DNA of 64,000 bases from Haliotis rubra (lineage: Eukaryota), in assembly GCF_003918875.1 (NCBI RefSeq), contig NW_025766984.1, positions 930,001-994,000 on the forward strand, read 5' to 3'. Numbering within the stretch: position 1 is the first letter of the stretch; each line of letters opens with the position of its first letter. The notes under the pieces were generated by a model, which saw only the letters and a list, made by a program, of their open reading frames with translations, did no database searches and was not told the origin of the DNA. The translations under genes were made by a program, and so were the position numbers. Shown here piece after piece: positions 24,101 to 48,500 of this stretch.

Positions 24101-26552
24101 GGTAGACGATGTACGCTGACAGACCAGTCAGTCTCTGACTCACAAATCTCCAGTGGTCATGAAATCTGAAACAGTCAGAAAAACATAGCTAGAAAACACA
24201 GCTTTGAGACCTAAGAAGAGATTGATTAATTGAATAAATTGAAGCTATCCGTGTAAGGGTTGGACACTAAATATGTCACTTACTACCAATAGTCTAGACA
24301 TCTAGCCCTTGATGTGACTAGTCTGATACGGCTAAAATAATACTGTGGCAACAACCTTTCTTGTGACAAACCAAACTCCAACTGATGGTGCATCTCATTA
24401 ATAGCTGGAATCATTTTGTACATATAGTATAGTAGTACAGTACTGTAATAAAGAGATGAGGGAGTTGGGTATAACACTGTTTGAACACTACTCAACCTTT
24501 ATAAAGCTTGTCACTTCGATATGGGACAAAACCTTGAAATGATGCAGGTCTGAAGAATTTACCACTTTGGTAAAATCCACAAGCAAGACAACCATATTGA
24601 CTTGGGATGCAACACTTTAAAGTATATTGTGAAGCTGAGATGATGAGGCCAACCATACACCAGGAACATGTTGGCATATGAGTATGATCAGCAACGAACA
24701 TTTGAGTATACTAACCGATAGTACTGATCTTGAGGCACCTTCTGGGACAGCTTACTGAACTGTTCTCGTACTCTTCCAAACCGCTCCCTTGCTTTTTCAC
24801 ACAATGTTGAGACTACATGGCAACAGATACATGAGAATTACTGACCGAAACATGAACATATGAGACAAATTCCAAGTTTAGGTTTGCGAAGCATAAAAAC
24901 AAACACTTTTCAAATTCAAATAAGTAAAATAATATACAAAAGGCATATTGAAATAGAAATAATAAAAATTACATTAACTTATCTCATTCTTAGGCTTCAG
25001 TTTAAAGTGGGGTTATTACTAAACATTTTGTCTTTGTGACTTCAGGAATGGAAATTAACCCAAAAAAACAGACAGAACTAGAAGGATGCATTCCAATATT
25101 TAACACTCAGAAAAAGTCACTGTACTGGCTTTCTGATGAGTTTTCACAGCAAAGACAATTCACGACTGAAGTCAAAATACATACTAAGCCAAAAGGTAAA
25201 CTGAATTATAATTTTGTTAGCCCAAAGTAATTCCTACCTGCCTCGGACCTATTTGGTGTTATTTTCATCCACATGCTATCATCTACCAGTCTTGTTTAGT
25301 ATCATAACATTATTACACCAAATGATAGTCAGATCATGGCTTGTCGACACCAAATAATCAAGATATGTGATCCACACACACCTTGTTGATTTATTACACT
25401 TCTAGTCTGCAGTATTATTACAACTGCACAGTACAGCACGTCAGATAAACAGAGGAATTTATTGTCAGTTTTCTTCTGATCACAACACTTACTGCTTTTG
25501 ATGCCATCTTGTTGATGGACAGATTGTAACAAAGTCTGAATTTCTCTGGCTGTTTGTTCAATATCCTTTACTTGAGACCTTATGTCCTGAAAACAAACAC
25601 ATTTATCAGTACCTAAGATGTGGGGCTTGTAGACATTGATTAATTGTGAACAATTCATATTAGTAAGTATACCCAAACCTACCATGAAATTGACATTGCA
25701 TGAACATGATGACCTAACAATACAAGTTTTTTTTAAATTTTAACCACAGTGGGAGCTAGGATTGACATCCAAACCAAAACAGAACAAGTTACAGTAAATT
25801 ATGTTTATAACGGACAGACAGATATAATAACCTGTGTTTTTTTCTGCCCCATATAATTCAGTAAATGTTCATAACGAACGGGTAACAATGCATCCTAAAT
25901 ATAGATTTTTTAAGCGTCCATGCACTAACAATCTATAATTAGTGGTTCCTTTGCAATTTGGTATAACCAGTGTCTGAAATAAGGCCCGAGACGGTCTAAA
26001 TTTCTGACGGACGGTCTAAATTTACAGCCAGCCAGCCCGATGGTCTGGTAAAAATTTGAGATGTTCCATGCATCTGTGTAAATTCACCATATTTGGTCTG
26101 GTTAAATCCATTTTGGGTTGGTAACATTTTGAAGTTACCAGCCCTGATGTCTGGCTGGATTTTTGGCTTGTTTCATACACTGATCAGATAGGTCACACTT
26201 ATAAGTTGTCCCTCCAGATGACCAACCGTTTAAGTTTTCTATTCATAGTCAACAGCTATTATCACCATCCACTACTCTATACTGTTACATAAGTGTCATT
26301 CATTAAAGACCCAAATGACTGTTGCAACTGGATGGTACAGCCATGAAGCATTCGAAAGCCCGGAAAGGTGCATGTGCCTCTAAAATCATATTGCCAATTC
26401 ACACATACAATCTACTCAATAGATCGATTTGTCAGCTTTTTCAAACAATGAAACAATTCGTGTAATTTGTGTCATGCCTCGCGAATTTCTTGCTCTTCGT
26501 TTATGTAATCTTGAAATGAAGAAAATATCTGTGAAGTTGCATCTTGTGTCAT
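21172..26552 (-). CDS. TSN: Translin (C3PO subunit), 233 aa. Coding exons 26552-26478, 25586-25493, 24812-24716, 24165-24050, 23472-23393, 21411-21172
   Basis: Spliced CDS of 702 nt: MTQDATSQIFSSFQDYINEEQEIRE...QYYRFHDHWRFVSQRL...GFHIDLDDYLMGLLQLASELSRLAVNSVTAGDYGRP...GFRLLNLKNDSLRKRFDALKYDLKKSEEVVYDLTIRG, the characteristic translin sequence. Exon phases are consistent. The first donor is GC. Confidence 0.96.
21598..23420. repeat. 85-bp minisatellite, 21 copies plus the progenitor exon5/intron5 junction of translin
   Basis: Unit CCAGTTCACTGGCCAGCTGTAACAAGCCAAAGGTCAATATGGAACTCCAGAGGCCATTACCCCCTTCCCCCACCCCAGGAACTCA starts at 21631, 21714, 21799, 21884, 21969 ... 23226, 23307, 23392. Confidence 0.97.
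25969..26182. mobile_element. MITE, TIR CAGTGT(C/A)TGAAA(T/C)AAG, in translin intron 1
   Basis: Inverted termini; no clear TSD. Confidence 0.6.
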
Positions 26553-26840
26553 GATTCGCCAGTACAAGCCCTTTATAACAAACAACTAACAACGCTTTCA
26601 GAAACCGGAAGTACACTACATGTGCGTGACTGCTCACGAAGAAGAATATTTATGTTTCGCTATCGTCCTTATTATATGCATTTGTTGACTCAGATGTAAT
26701 CAAATCATATGTCCTGGAAAAAGAACAACAATGTATATTATTTACCATAAAAAAAATATAACTTGAAGGAGGATATTGAGTGCCGAACATTCATCTTTGA
26801 CTTCCGGTATGATGAGCTCCGGTATCAAAACACAGTAACA
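26553..26840. promoter_or_regulatory. Putative bidirectional promoter TSN/RNF32
   Basis: Only ~290 bp between divergent start codons (the RNF32 start is tentative); oppositely oriented ETS/GABP-type sites CCGGAAGT (26605-26612) and ACTTCCGG (26800-26807). Confidence 0.65.
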
Positions 26841-38058
<11,218 letters not shown>

Positions 38059-39642
38059 CAAAGTCAGGGGTGGACAACTTGAACTAAATCACTTTTCATT
38101 TCAGACTAGTTCATACAATTTTCCAGGAATATTTTTGCCACTGTTGCCGAAGCAGCTTAATATAAAAGATATATACACAGTTTACAGAACAGTCAATATT
38201 TAATGTGTGATATTTATTGTCATATGACCGATTGTCTTACGAACCTTTACCCAATCTACCTGTTGCCCGGACGGCTTTATATCGCATGAGACGAGAATAG
38301 TGTCCTGTGATCTTTGTACATGTTGATTATTGAATGTGTGATATTTATTGTAAGATGATGGGTTGCAAAACAAAGTCTGTGTTTGCCAAAATATGTCTTT
38401 CTTCCATTCCTGGATGCCAAAGATAGAGCAGTAAAAAGCTCAATATGTATGAACATGAACATAAATGAAAATGTCATTTTATGAATATAACTTCAGTGTT
38501 TGCTTTAATACATGAAAGGTTCAAATCTGTAAAATCATCGCACAGTGTCTGTTGCCCGTTATCCATCCAGCAAAGAGGTTGTGTGTTCCATTTCCCCTTA
38601 CAGGACAAAGTCTGTGAAATTGAAACTTTGTAGTGATGATCCCAGAATTTGTGTACCTGAAATATCTCTGTGGAAAACCGTTGTGCTTTTCTTCATTGCC
38701 ACCACAGGCGTCAAACATTAGTTCACCCGAATGAAATTTAAGTGACCTTATGTCAGTCTCATTGCATTTTTGGCATCCCCTAGAAGGCCTTCAAGGATTA
38801 AAGTGTGCATGACTGATCCAAGCTATGTTTGTAAAATAGTCACAGAATTAAAGGCATCCTTGATGAACTACGATCTTCACGGGTCAGGTAGGCAAGATGA
38901 GATGACATATTGCATGGATGGTAATTGCTCTTGTTAATGAGTTATTTTATGTATACTGAAATTATACAGCAACAATGCAAAAACTGTGTTCTGAATCTTT
39001 CATTACTTCCGTCATGAAAAACTACATGACTTGCAGATAGGGAACATAAGCATGGCCTGTGAGCATAGCAGGGATACTGTGAGCATAGCAGTGACATGAA
39101 ATCTATGTACCTGCCTTTAATTGGGTAGCAGCAGATGTATCATCAATACATAGTAACTGAAAGTTTAGTAGAACTGCATTTCACAAAACAGATGGCTGTC
39201 AAAGTAGTAAAAATGAAGTGCCTTTTTCCTCTCATTGCAATACATGAAGGACAAGAGACATTATTGTGATAATATCTGTTTATTATGTCTTGAAGATGCA
39301 TTAAATACATATTAAAATATCTTTGTTTTATTACAGATTTTACATCCGTTACTATCATCATTTGTATCACATTATACATCATATCCTTATTTGTAAATAT
39401 GTATGCTTTAGAAGATTCTTTACCAAACATAATCAAATAAACTGACATGGATACTGACTGGCACACACACCTTCCACACGCTGATCATATCAGCTTGACC
39501 ATTACAGGGAAGAGAGCATTGGTCATACCCAACAAGTCAGCAGCTCATTTAGGTTAGCGGTTCAGTAAAATAACTAGACTTTGGGAGAGAGCAGCTGGCT
39601 TGTCCAGACTTCACTATTCCTGGACTAACTATGGACAATTGG

Positions 39643-39754
39643 CTTCAGAGATGTCACTGATGCTTCACAACCATACCATACGTTGTTATGTTCAGAGATG
39701 TCACTGATACTTCACAACCATACCATACGTTGTTATGTTCAGAGATGTCACTGT
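39643..39754. repeat. 47-bp tandem repeat (~2.3 copies); other short tandem repeats at 1483-1625 (~70 bp x2) and 40749-40843 (~31 bp x3)
   Basis: TTCAGAGATGTCACTGAT(G/A)CTTCACAACCATACCATACGTTGTTATG repeated. Confidence 0.85.
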
Positions 39755-41073
39755 TGAAAGACCACAGAGAAACTAAACTGATCATGTCATGCATGCCTCT
39801 GAATTTGTCAACATCAGCCATATTTTCATACTTGTAAGTCAGTATTGACTCCAACAAACACATGGATGTGTGAATATTGTGATATGCCTCAGTCAGCAAG
39901 ATCCAAGCTACATCATGGAAACAAGTCCAGACCAGACAGACCAGGGACTGATGTCATCAGCGCCATAACCATTCACTCCTCAATCAACTCTAAACAGCCA
40001 GCATGGGGTACTGGGATCTGTGCCATACAAGAGTCCACAGGGGTGGAAATAACCCATTGCCCGACGTCCGACTCCAGTGTTTTTTTTCTGTCGGGCAAGC
40101 AAATTTGTTTATCACACTGTACCGGTGTCCAGTTGACTTTCCAATGCTAATTATGTTGTATATTAGTGGAAAGATTATCAGGGCAAGTGATTTTACATGT
40201 GACACTGTACTGTAGTAAGTTTAAAGTTATTTCCATCCCTGGTCCAGGGTCTGAATCTAAAGACTCTGTTGCTTATACAATACACGAAATAGCAGCTATG
40301 CTAACCTTAAGAAAAATATTATATTACTTGGCCTTTATTCCTTGTTATGGTTAACAAATGTGTCTTAAAACATGGCAGATCATCCATGGACCCGTGTTAT
40401 GGCAAGGGATGCCTGTATTTCAAAGAACCCATCTGAACATTGCAAGTAACACTTTCACAACCCATGACACACACAGCACTATACTATTACACCACTTCAT
40501 TGTCATACCATCAAATTAACCATAATCAACAACAGCATCATCTGAACTCATAAAGTAAACAAACAATACATAACTAAACACAAAAAGAATAAGCAACAAT
40601 GCTTGTAAACAACATAATGTTTATTGATATATTCCTCCACATTTTGAGGTTGTTTGTGAGTATTTAAGTACACTCATTCAAAGGACGGATAATTGATTAC
40701 TGAGTAGGCTCAGGCATCAGGAAGGTCTTTGTACAACTGCATCATAATTCATCTCTCATACAGGCAGAACATACATGTATCATCTCTCAGACAGGCAGAA
40801 CATACATGTATCATCACTCAAGACTGGCAGGACATACATGTATCGTTGTCAGACTGTACACAAGGTTGAGTACAAACAATTGTGCCCTTTGTCTATCTAA
40901 TGAAGAACTTTGACATTCAGTAAACATTGAATTTTATATGCAAAAAATTAAGTTAACACCAAAACAAAAAGAACTCTTTCCTATATTTCTAACTGGAAAT
41001 ATACTTGAATTTAGAGTGTAAAGGCTTATTGGATTATATCTCCATCAGATAAGTGGCTGTTCAACAGTTTAAC

Positions 41074-41240
41074 GGGGGCGGTGGGGTAGCCTAATGGTTA
41101 AAGCGTTGGCTCGTCACGCTGAAGATCCGGGTTCGAATCCCCACATGGGCACAATGTGTGAAGCCCATTTCTGGTGTCCCCCGCCGTGATGTTGCTGGAA
41201 TATTGCTAAAAGCGGCGTAAAACCAAACTCAGTCAGTCAG
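41074..41240 (+). mobile_element. SINE family A, (CAGT)n-tailed subfamily, 13-bp TSD TCAACAGTTTAAC
   Basis: Full-length copy with a perfect TSD. Confidence 0.92.
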
Positions 41241-42577
41241 TCAACAGTTTAACATGCAAATTGTATTCATATCTTAGACATCAGGTTTATTCAAAGTATT
41301 TTCTCTCAAAGTATACAAAACTACAGGGTACCAATAGGATCCGGTCAATGCTATTCTGAATTCTGATCCCCATTGCAAAGAACCTTCGTCATCCCTGCAC
41401 AGGTCGAGCAATATGTATGTAGAAATGGCAGCAACACAACCAAATTGTAAAACTCAAAACAATTGTACACTATCACAGGAAACTTAGATACTAGACTTAT
41501 ACAAAACTGCAACTACAAAAGTACAAACAAACTCAAATATCAAAGCTACTACTAAAAAAAACCCAAAGGACCAAATACACTCTACAGTAGAACAACTTAT
41601 GAAGTATTCTTCAAGAATATGATTTGAAGATATTGCGCTTTTTTTAAAACCACTGAACTTTCAGGGCAACATTGCTAATTATATGGAGTAGGTGATGAAA
41701 TATTACAAATAACAATCACAAAAATTGGACCCTTGGATAAGTTTTAACACATCATGCCTAATGCAAGGTTACAGAGTTCCAACATGCAACCAAATACCAT
41801 GCATATTTGATGCCACTTTTCATTCTTGTTGTGCATGAGCAGTCCAAATCAAGATCATAAAGGTTTTAGTGTAACTTGCCAAAATTTGACAAGGAATGTC
41901 AAAATTAGACTTCATGTGTTGTGTGTGGGAATTACACTGTATACACAGACTTCATCTTTGGCCAACAAGTTCTCCTATTTACATGGAAGATTGAAGAAGC
42001 TGAGAAAGACAAAAGCACCTTTTTGATGTTAATTCAATGTCAGTAAGAGGCACTTTGAAATGGATATTGACTGCACCTTAAAAACTATTGATGTCATTTT
42101 GAAATTTCTTTTCAAGTATTGTATGAACATACCATCTCAGGACTTATGTAGTGGTAATCTCATCAATGTGAGGGACGGGAGACTCCTTGTATCATGGTAT
42201 TCCACTACAGTAACACATTGATAATAGTTCTTGCTGCTTTTAGGGGCAGACCATTTGATATTCTGGGGGTGGGGTGCACTTGATACAGGGTTGGAAAAGG
42301 TGAAAAAAAACTAATTTGTTCAAAATGATACTGAAAAGAGAAACAAAATGTTTACTGGATAAGCTGTGTCCTGAAAAAAAATGAATTGTAAAACTGATTC
42401 TATGACTCCTCCTTCCGGAGAATTGTATGTATAGAAGTGATTAAAATAAATCCTTTCTCAAAACATATCCCCTGGCCTCCCTCCAGAATATTACATGGTT
42501 CAATCCTTATATTAATTCCATTTGCACATATTGAGGCTCCTGTTCTGTAGTTGGAAAATGTTGGTGTGCTGTGATTT

Positions 42578-45500
42578 TCATAATGCTTCCATCCGTGTTT
42601 TGATTGCAGAGTGTACAACCTCAAGGCTGTCCCTGTCGAGTTCCCGGACCAGTAACAGGACAGACTGCAGGATGTTAGCATTCTGCAACACGTCACCAAA
42701 AACAATGATAGCATAGCTCACAATGATGATTAAAACAATTTGTTAAATCAATGGCCTGGCTTAAATTCTGTGTATAACCTGAAGAAATAACAAATCACTT
42801 TGATGTTTTACAAATTCATTTTTATCCTGCTTTACTCTGTACAATCCCTAGGAGATTCTGGGACATAGAGTGAGTGAGTGAGTTTAGTTTTACACCACAC
42901 TCAGCAATATTCAAGCTATATGGCGGCGGTCTGTAAATGATCGAGTCTGAACCAGACAATCCAGAGATCAACAACATGAGCATCGATCTGCGCAATTGGG
43001 AACCGATGACATGTGTCAACCAAGTCAGCGAGCCTGACCACCCGATCATGTTAGTCGCCTCTTGCGACGAGCATGGGTTACTGACGATCAATTTTCTAAC
43101 CCGGACCTTCACGGGTATCTGGGACACAGAATCTCAGCAACATATAGATTGAGTGGTCAAGCTCAGGGACTTGATTGACTGTTTCCAATCATATCCAGAG
43201 GACTGGATTGTTACTCAATATATCAATCACTGGATCATCTGGTGAAAACTTGATTATTTACCTGATGCCATCATATAAACACACAAGCCAATTAAATGTG
43301 TCAAATGTAACATACATTGTATTTGGATTACACTTTCTTAGTACAGATTCTAGTGCTTTGAGTTGTGTCCCATCCTGAATTCGAGTCCATACATTCAGGG
43401 TCAGACACCTAATCACCAGCAAACAAAGTCAGCCGTCTAACCCACTCCGCCACCACCACAAGATATGTAAGTCTGACCACTGGTAGTCTAGATTACATAC
43501 TTTGTGTACCCCCTCTGACTAGTACATATTGGCATATAGCTGTAATATGCGCTGAGTGACATTCAGGTTCAAGGTTTTACAGCAGCCCCCAGAGGAAGGG
43601 CCCCATGTGATGGAAAATATCACTTTGCAAACACAAGCTGACATACTCAAGAAGGTTGTGATTATACTTGACAAATACGTGTTGTTGTTACTTAGTGCCT
43701 CTTCACACTCACGATACCAACACAATAGATGTACATAGTAAGGCATAATTCTGACAAACAACAAGCCCTGAGAAGAATACTCACTCTGGATTTGGTGAGA
43801 CTTGTAGAGGATGATCTTGGTGTGATTATCTTAGCTTTTGGTAATGGCTTCAGGCCTAGTTGCTCCCGAATTCGACTGAAAAACAGGAAACAAAATCCTG
43901 CATCTGAAGTGCATATAGCAGACACACAGCTAGTCTGTCTAACACACAATTCTTACTGACAATGTGATTACAAACCAGCGCGCAAACAAACCTAACTACT
44001 GACTGAGTGAATGAGGTTTTACGCTGCCTTTAGCATTATTCCAGAAATATCACGGCGGGACTCCAGAAATGGGCTTCACACATTGTACCCATTTGGAGAA
44101 TCGAACCTGGGTCTTCAGCATGATGAACCAACCCTTTAACTACTAGGTAGACTAATGTTTAGTCTCTGAATATATATAAATTTGATAGTAACAAACAAGC
44201 CCATTTAAATTGAAAAGGAGCCCCAGAGAGACCAGAGATTCAGAGCGTGAGGAAATCTAGACTTGCTTTATTAGGGCTTTAGCACTGCAGAGAGGGCTAG
44301 GCAGTAGGGAAAATAATGTGGTTCAGGGACTGTGAGACAGACTAACTACTAGGCTATCCCTAGGCTTTCGCCCCTATTCAATGTTATTACTTGCAGAGAT
44401 GAGAGGTCACTGATAGATAAAGGGCCTATCCACACTAGATCACCCCAGCAACGCTGCTGGATACTGATGTCACAGCATTCCATCCCTATGTATCTGACAA
44501 CAAAATTCATATTAAGTTTGTGGTACTGAATTGTAAATGCTGTCCACATTTTGTATAGATCTGGATAGCTACAACAGAATACTTAGAATTAAGAAAACAT
44601 GTAAGCCTTGGACTCTCCATTCTCTAGTTCTGAGTATTCAACTACTGTTAGGTTCTGATCTTTGATTTTGAGTTATGTACCCTACTAGGTAGGGCTGAAA
44701 AAATAGGTCTATAGACTCATTGAGTTGTTCCTCCCCACGGAAATCTTTAGTAAAAGGCGAAAGATTTATGCGAAGTGAAGAGAAACCAGAGTATCCTTCA
44801 CTTGAATTAGTAAACAATATGTATAACAATATTTATCACGTTATGCTGGTTCACTGAATTTGCATATAAAAAGTAACTGTGTTAAATAAATTTCATTTAA
44901 CATTTAATCTTCAAATGTTCATAATGATCATATTGACAGATATTATGTGACAAATGTGAAATAATTATCTTATGTATTTATACAGTCATAGGGCAAGCAT
45001 GCTGCATAACTTCATTGTTTGACCTCCTTTTAAACCCTGCCAGACCAGGACCAGTACAACTTTGTGTGACTTCTGCTCACCCACGTGTGACCTACTTCTG
45101 CTCTCACACTGAGACTCCAGACAAGAGAGGTCATTCAGTGAAATGATTTTAAGGCTGCATCCATGACTTGACGATACATGTCCTATATTTGATATTTTAT
45201 ACAAATACTGAAATTCCTCCAGAATATGTTGGTAATTGTTCAATGTGTCTGCTAATCACAAAAAGTGCAACATTACATGTACATGCGGAGCCATGCCAGT
45301 TTCACCATGCCAATAGCCCGAACACATCTGCAAGTTGCAGATTATCATGCTGCATCATCCCAGTCCATACACAACCCAAAAATATTCAAGTAAATCACAA
45401 CTGCATGATGAGCAGAATCAACAAGACTGACAGAAATAATGTTCCAGAGAGATAAATCATGCTTCCTTGAAAGTGTCAAAATCATAAATGACAATCCAGA

Positions 45501-48500
45501 CGTGTGCAGCACAAGCAGAGTTATCACTAAAGTACTGTCGGAAATGCTAGAAAAATGCTTTTTGACTTATATTTAAAATTCAGAGGTATTACAGTTACTT
45601 AAATAACAAATATCACTTTAAGAAACATCTACCTAATGTAGACCGAGGGAATAAATTTTGAGACATGCCCTAAAATGTGTTTTTACTGATGAAAATACCA
45701 AAAACTTAGAAAAATAACGGGTAGTAAGACGTTATTTGATACAAACATTAACTGCCTGTGTTACGTCATCAGCATGCACGGTATCGACAGGTGAAATTGA
45801 CACCTAAGCACACGCTCGGAGGAGGGGTCATCTCAATAGTTTTCTTCAAAATGTTGAATATGTGTACGTATAGTATACGTATTGGTTATGTAGGAGATCA
45901 TTTGTGCATTTGTGTATGTGTGTTTGTTTTGAAATACACATACGAATTACTGTACATTGGAAAGAATCCTATCACTTGTGTTATCTTATCGATTGATTGT
46001 AGAAATGTGCAACGTTTTAATAAGTGTTTTGCATGTCAACAGTATATTTCATTGCAAAAATATGGATGTAATTCGGTCAGTTTAATCTAGTTGTGAACAT
46101 TGGCCAAAGATTGAACGAAGTCACTGGTGTAGCTTCTTTAGAATATATATATTCTTCTTCTCCTAAAGTTTGTAGACCGCCCGTCTAAGTACTCCCTTGT
46201 CAAAGTTGTCAAGGATGGTTTTACGTCCCGGTTTTGGTTTTGAGATGGTCCCTGTCTTGTCTGATTTGTTTACAATATTGTAAACTTGTTGGTAAGACAT
46301 ACCAACAGCTCTACAAGTTCTGTAATAAACCCTTTCTAAACTAATGAAAGGTTTACCTCTGTCTTTTTCAAGCACAAAAAACTTATAAACCTTTGCAACA
46401 ATTGTCTGCAAATAGTTGGCCATAGTGGACTCTGTGATAAAGATATGCATGCATGACGGGAAGCTTATTTATCAAGACTTAACATTTATATGAATATTTC
46501 TTCAATAAAGAAACGATAATTAAGTAAAGTAACACAGACATTCAACATTTATTTGTTAAAGAAAAACGTTGATTCATATTTTTACACCACCTGTATTATT
46601 AGCATAAATGTAAAGACTATTTCAGATTTCTGTTGTTGAACTCTGAAAAAATCTTAAGTTGTTGTTTTGGTACCATATTCTCTCCTGTAAACTGCCCTTT
46701 AAATGCATGGGAATGTTAAATCGATTGAAAAAAAAATTAGGTACACTATAGGCGAGTTGATATATTGACAACATAGTACATTTATCACCTTTATAAAGAT
46801 ATAAGGCTGAAAAGCATTTTTCTAGCATTTCCGACAGTACTTTAGTTGTTAGTCTAAGTTATCACAAGCGATTCAGACAAATGTTCTTGCTTAGCATGTT
46901 TGTCTTCAACACTTTGTTCTAAAACTTAGTATAAACATTTATCTTTCTATAAGAGTGAGTGAATTTGGTTTTATGCCACTTTTAGCAATATTCCAGCAAT
47001 ATCACTGTGGGGGACACCAGAAATGGGCTTCACAGATTGTACCCTGTGGGGAATCAAACCTGGGTCTTCAGCGTGACGAGCGAACACTTTAACCACTAGG
47101 TTACCCCACCGCCCCACACAACCAATGAATGAAATCATGTAAATCACATCTGTATGATGAGCAAAATCAACAAGATGGACAGAAATAATGTTCCAGAGAG
47201 ATTAATCTTTCTATCCTGAAAGTGTCAAAGTCTGAAATGACACCCAACACACGTGTGGCACTACTGTGTGCAGCACAAGCGGACTATCACAGCCTTTCAG
47301 TTCTAGCTTAGGGTATTTGTCTTCAACACTTATCTTTCTAATACTTAGCATCAACATTTATCTTTCTACAAGAGTATCTACTCACTTAGTTTCTTCCCAG
47401 CTGAGTGTGACTGCCTCCTCCTTGACCTTGTCTCTTGATGATTCCACACACTGAGTATCCCCTTGTGACGCTGCAGTGTTGACACTGTCTCGGGGTGAAT
47501 CTGTCTCCTGGACGTCCTGCCTTGTTGTGGTCACTCGGTCAAGGGGCTTATCTGCATCATTATAATCACCAGACTCTGTCTGTTGTGTGACTGTCCCTGC
47601 AGCAGCAACCTCATCGACATGTGCTGCATCTCCACGTGCATCACCATTCTCCAACTGTGAGTCAGTATGAACAGGTTCAGTTGGTTTTGATGCAGGTTGG
47701 TTTACTTCTACTACTTCTAGTTTCTGCAGAGGTTGATCTGATAGAAGTGATTTGATTGGTTGTGTTGCAGGAGGGGTCAAAGGTAAGGTGTGCAGATCCT
47801 CTCCTTCATCCAGTGCCAGGTTAATTTCCTCTTCTGTCACAGCTACATCACACATATGAACATGCAATTTGAAACAATTAAGATATATTCAATAGCAAAA
47901 ATAAGTAACATACCCGCACATTTTCATATGGTTACTGAAAGGGAACATGTATTAAGACTTGGTTCTTTTTCTCTAATGTTTCATAGCAACAGCTTGCTTC
48001 TGTATCCTGTACTGATTAATGTGTGAATTATACACTATTTTCTACATTTTCTTGTCACATCGAAACACTGTATCACACTGTGTTCCTGTCAATATTCTAA
48101 TCATTTTAGCAACAATACTCCTGTCTTGAAGTATGAATAATTCAAATTTACAAGGTTTCTCTGTGATATCAGCAGCCTGTGACTTCATCTACTAATCCAA
48201 CTGAGCTTGTAAACTGTCATTTGGTCTTAGCTTAGTTGGTTAAAGTTCCTACCTCATGTGCTCTAACAAACACCACTTGACAACTTTCTTGACCTACACA
48301 CAGTGTTCACGAATGGTGTTTCAAAGTCACAGGACATTGGGTCCTGTAAGTTTCAGATGTCTGTCTGACCCATTGAAAATGCACAGGACCCATTGAATAA
48401 AATTAAACACACATTTCAGATTTAATATTTCTTATAATTGACATTGAAATTATTAACAAACATAAGATTTATAAACAGCAAACAAGTGTCACATGTCACA

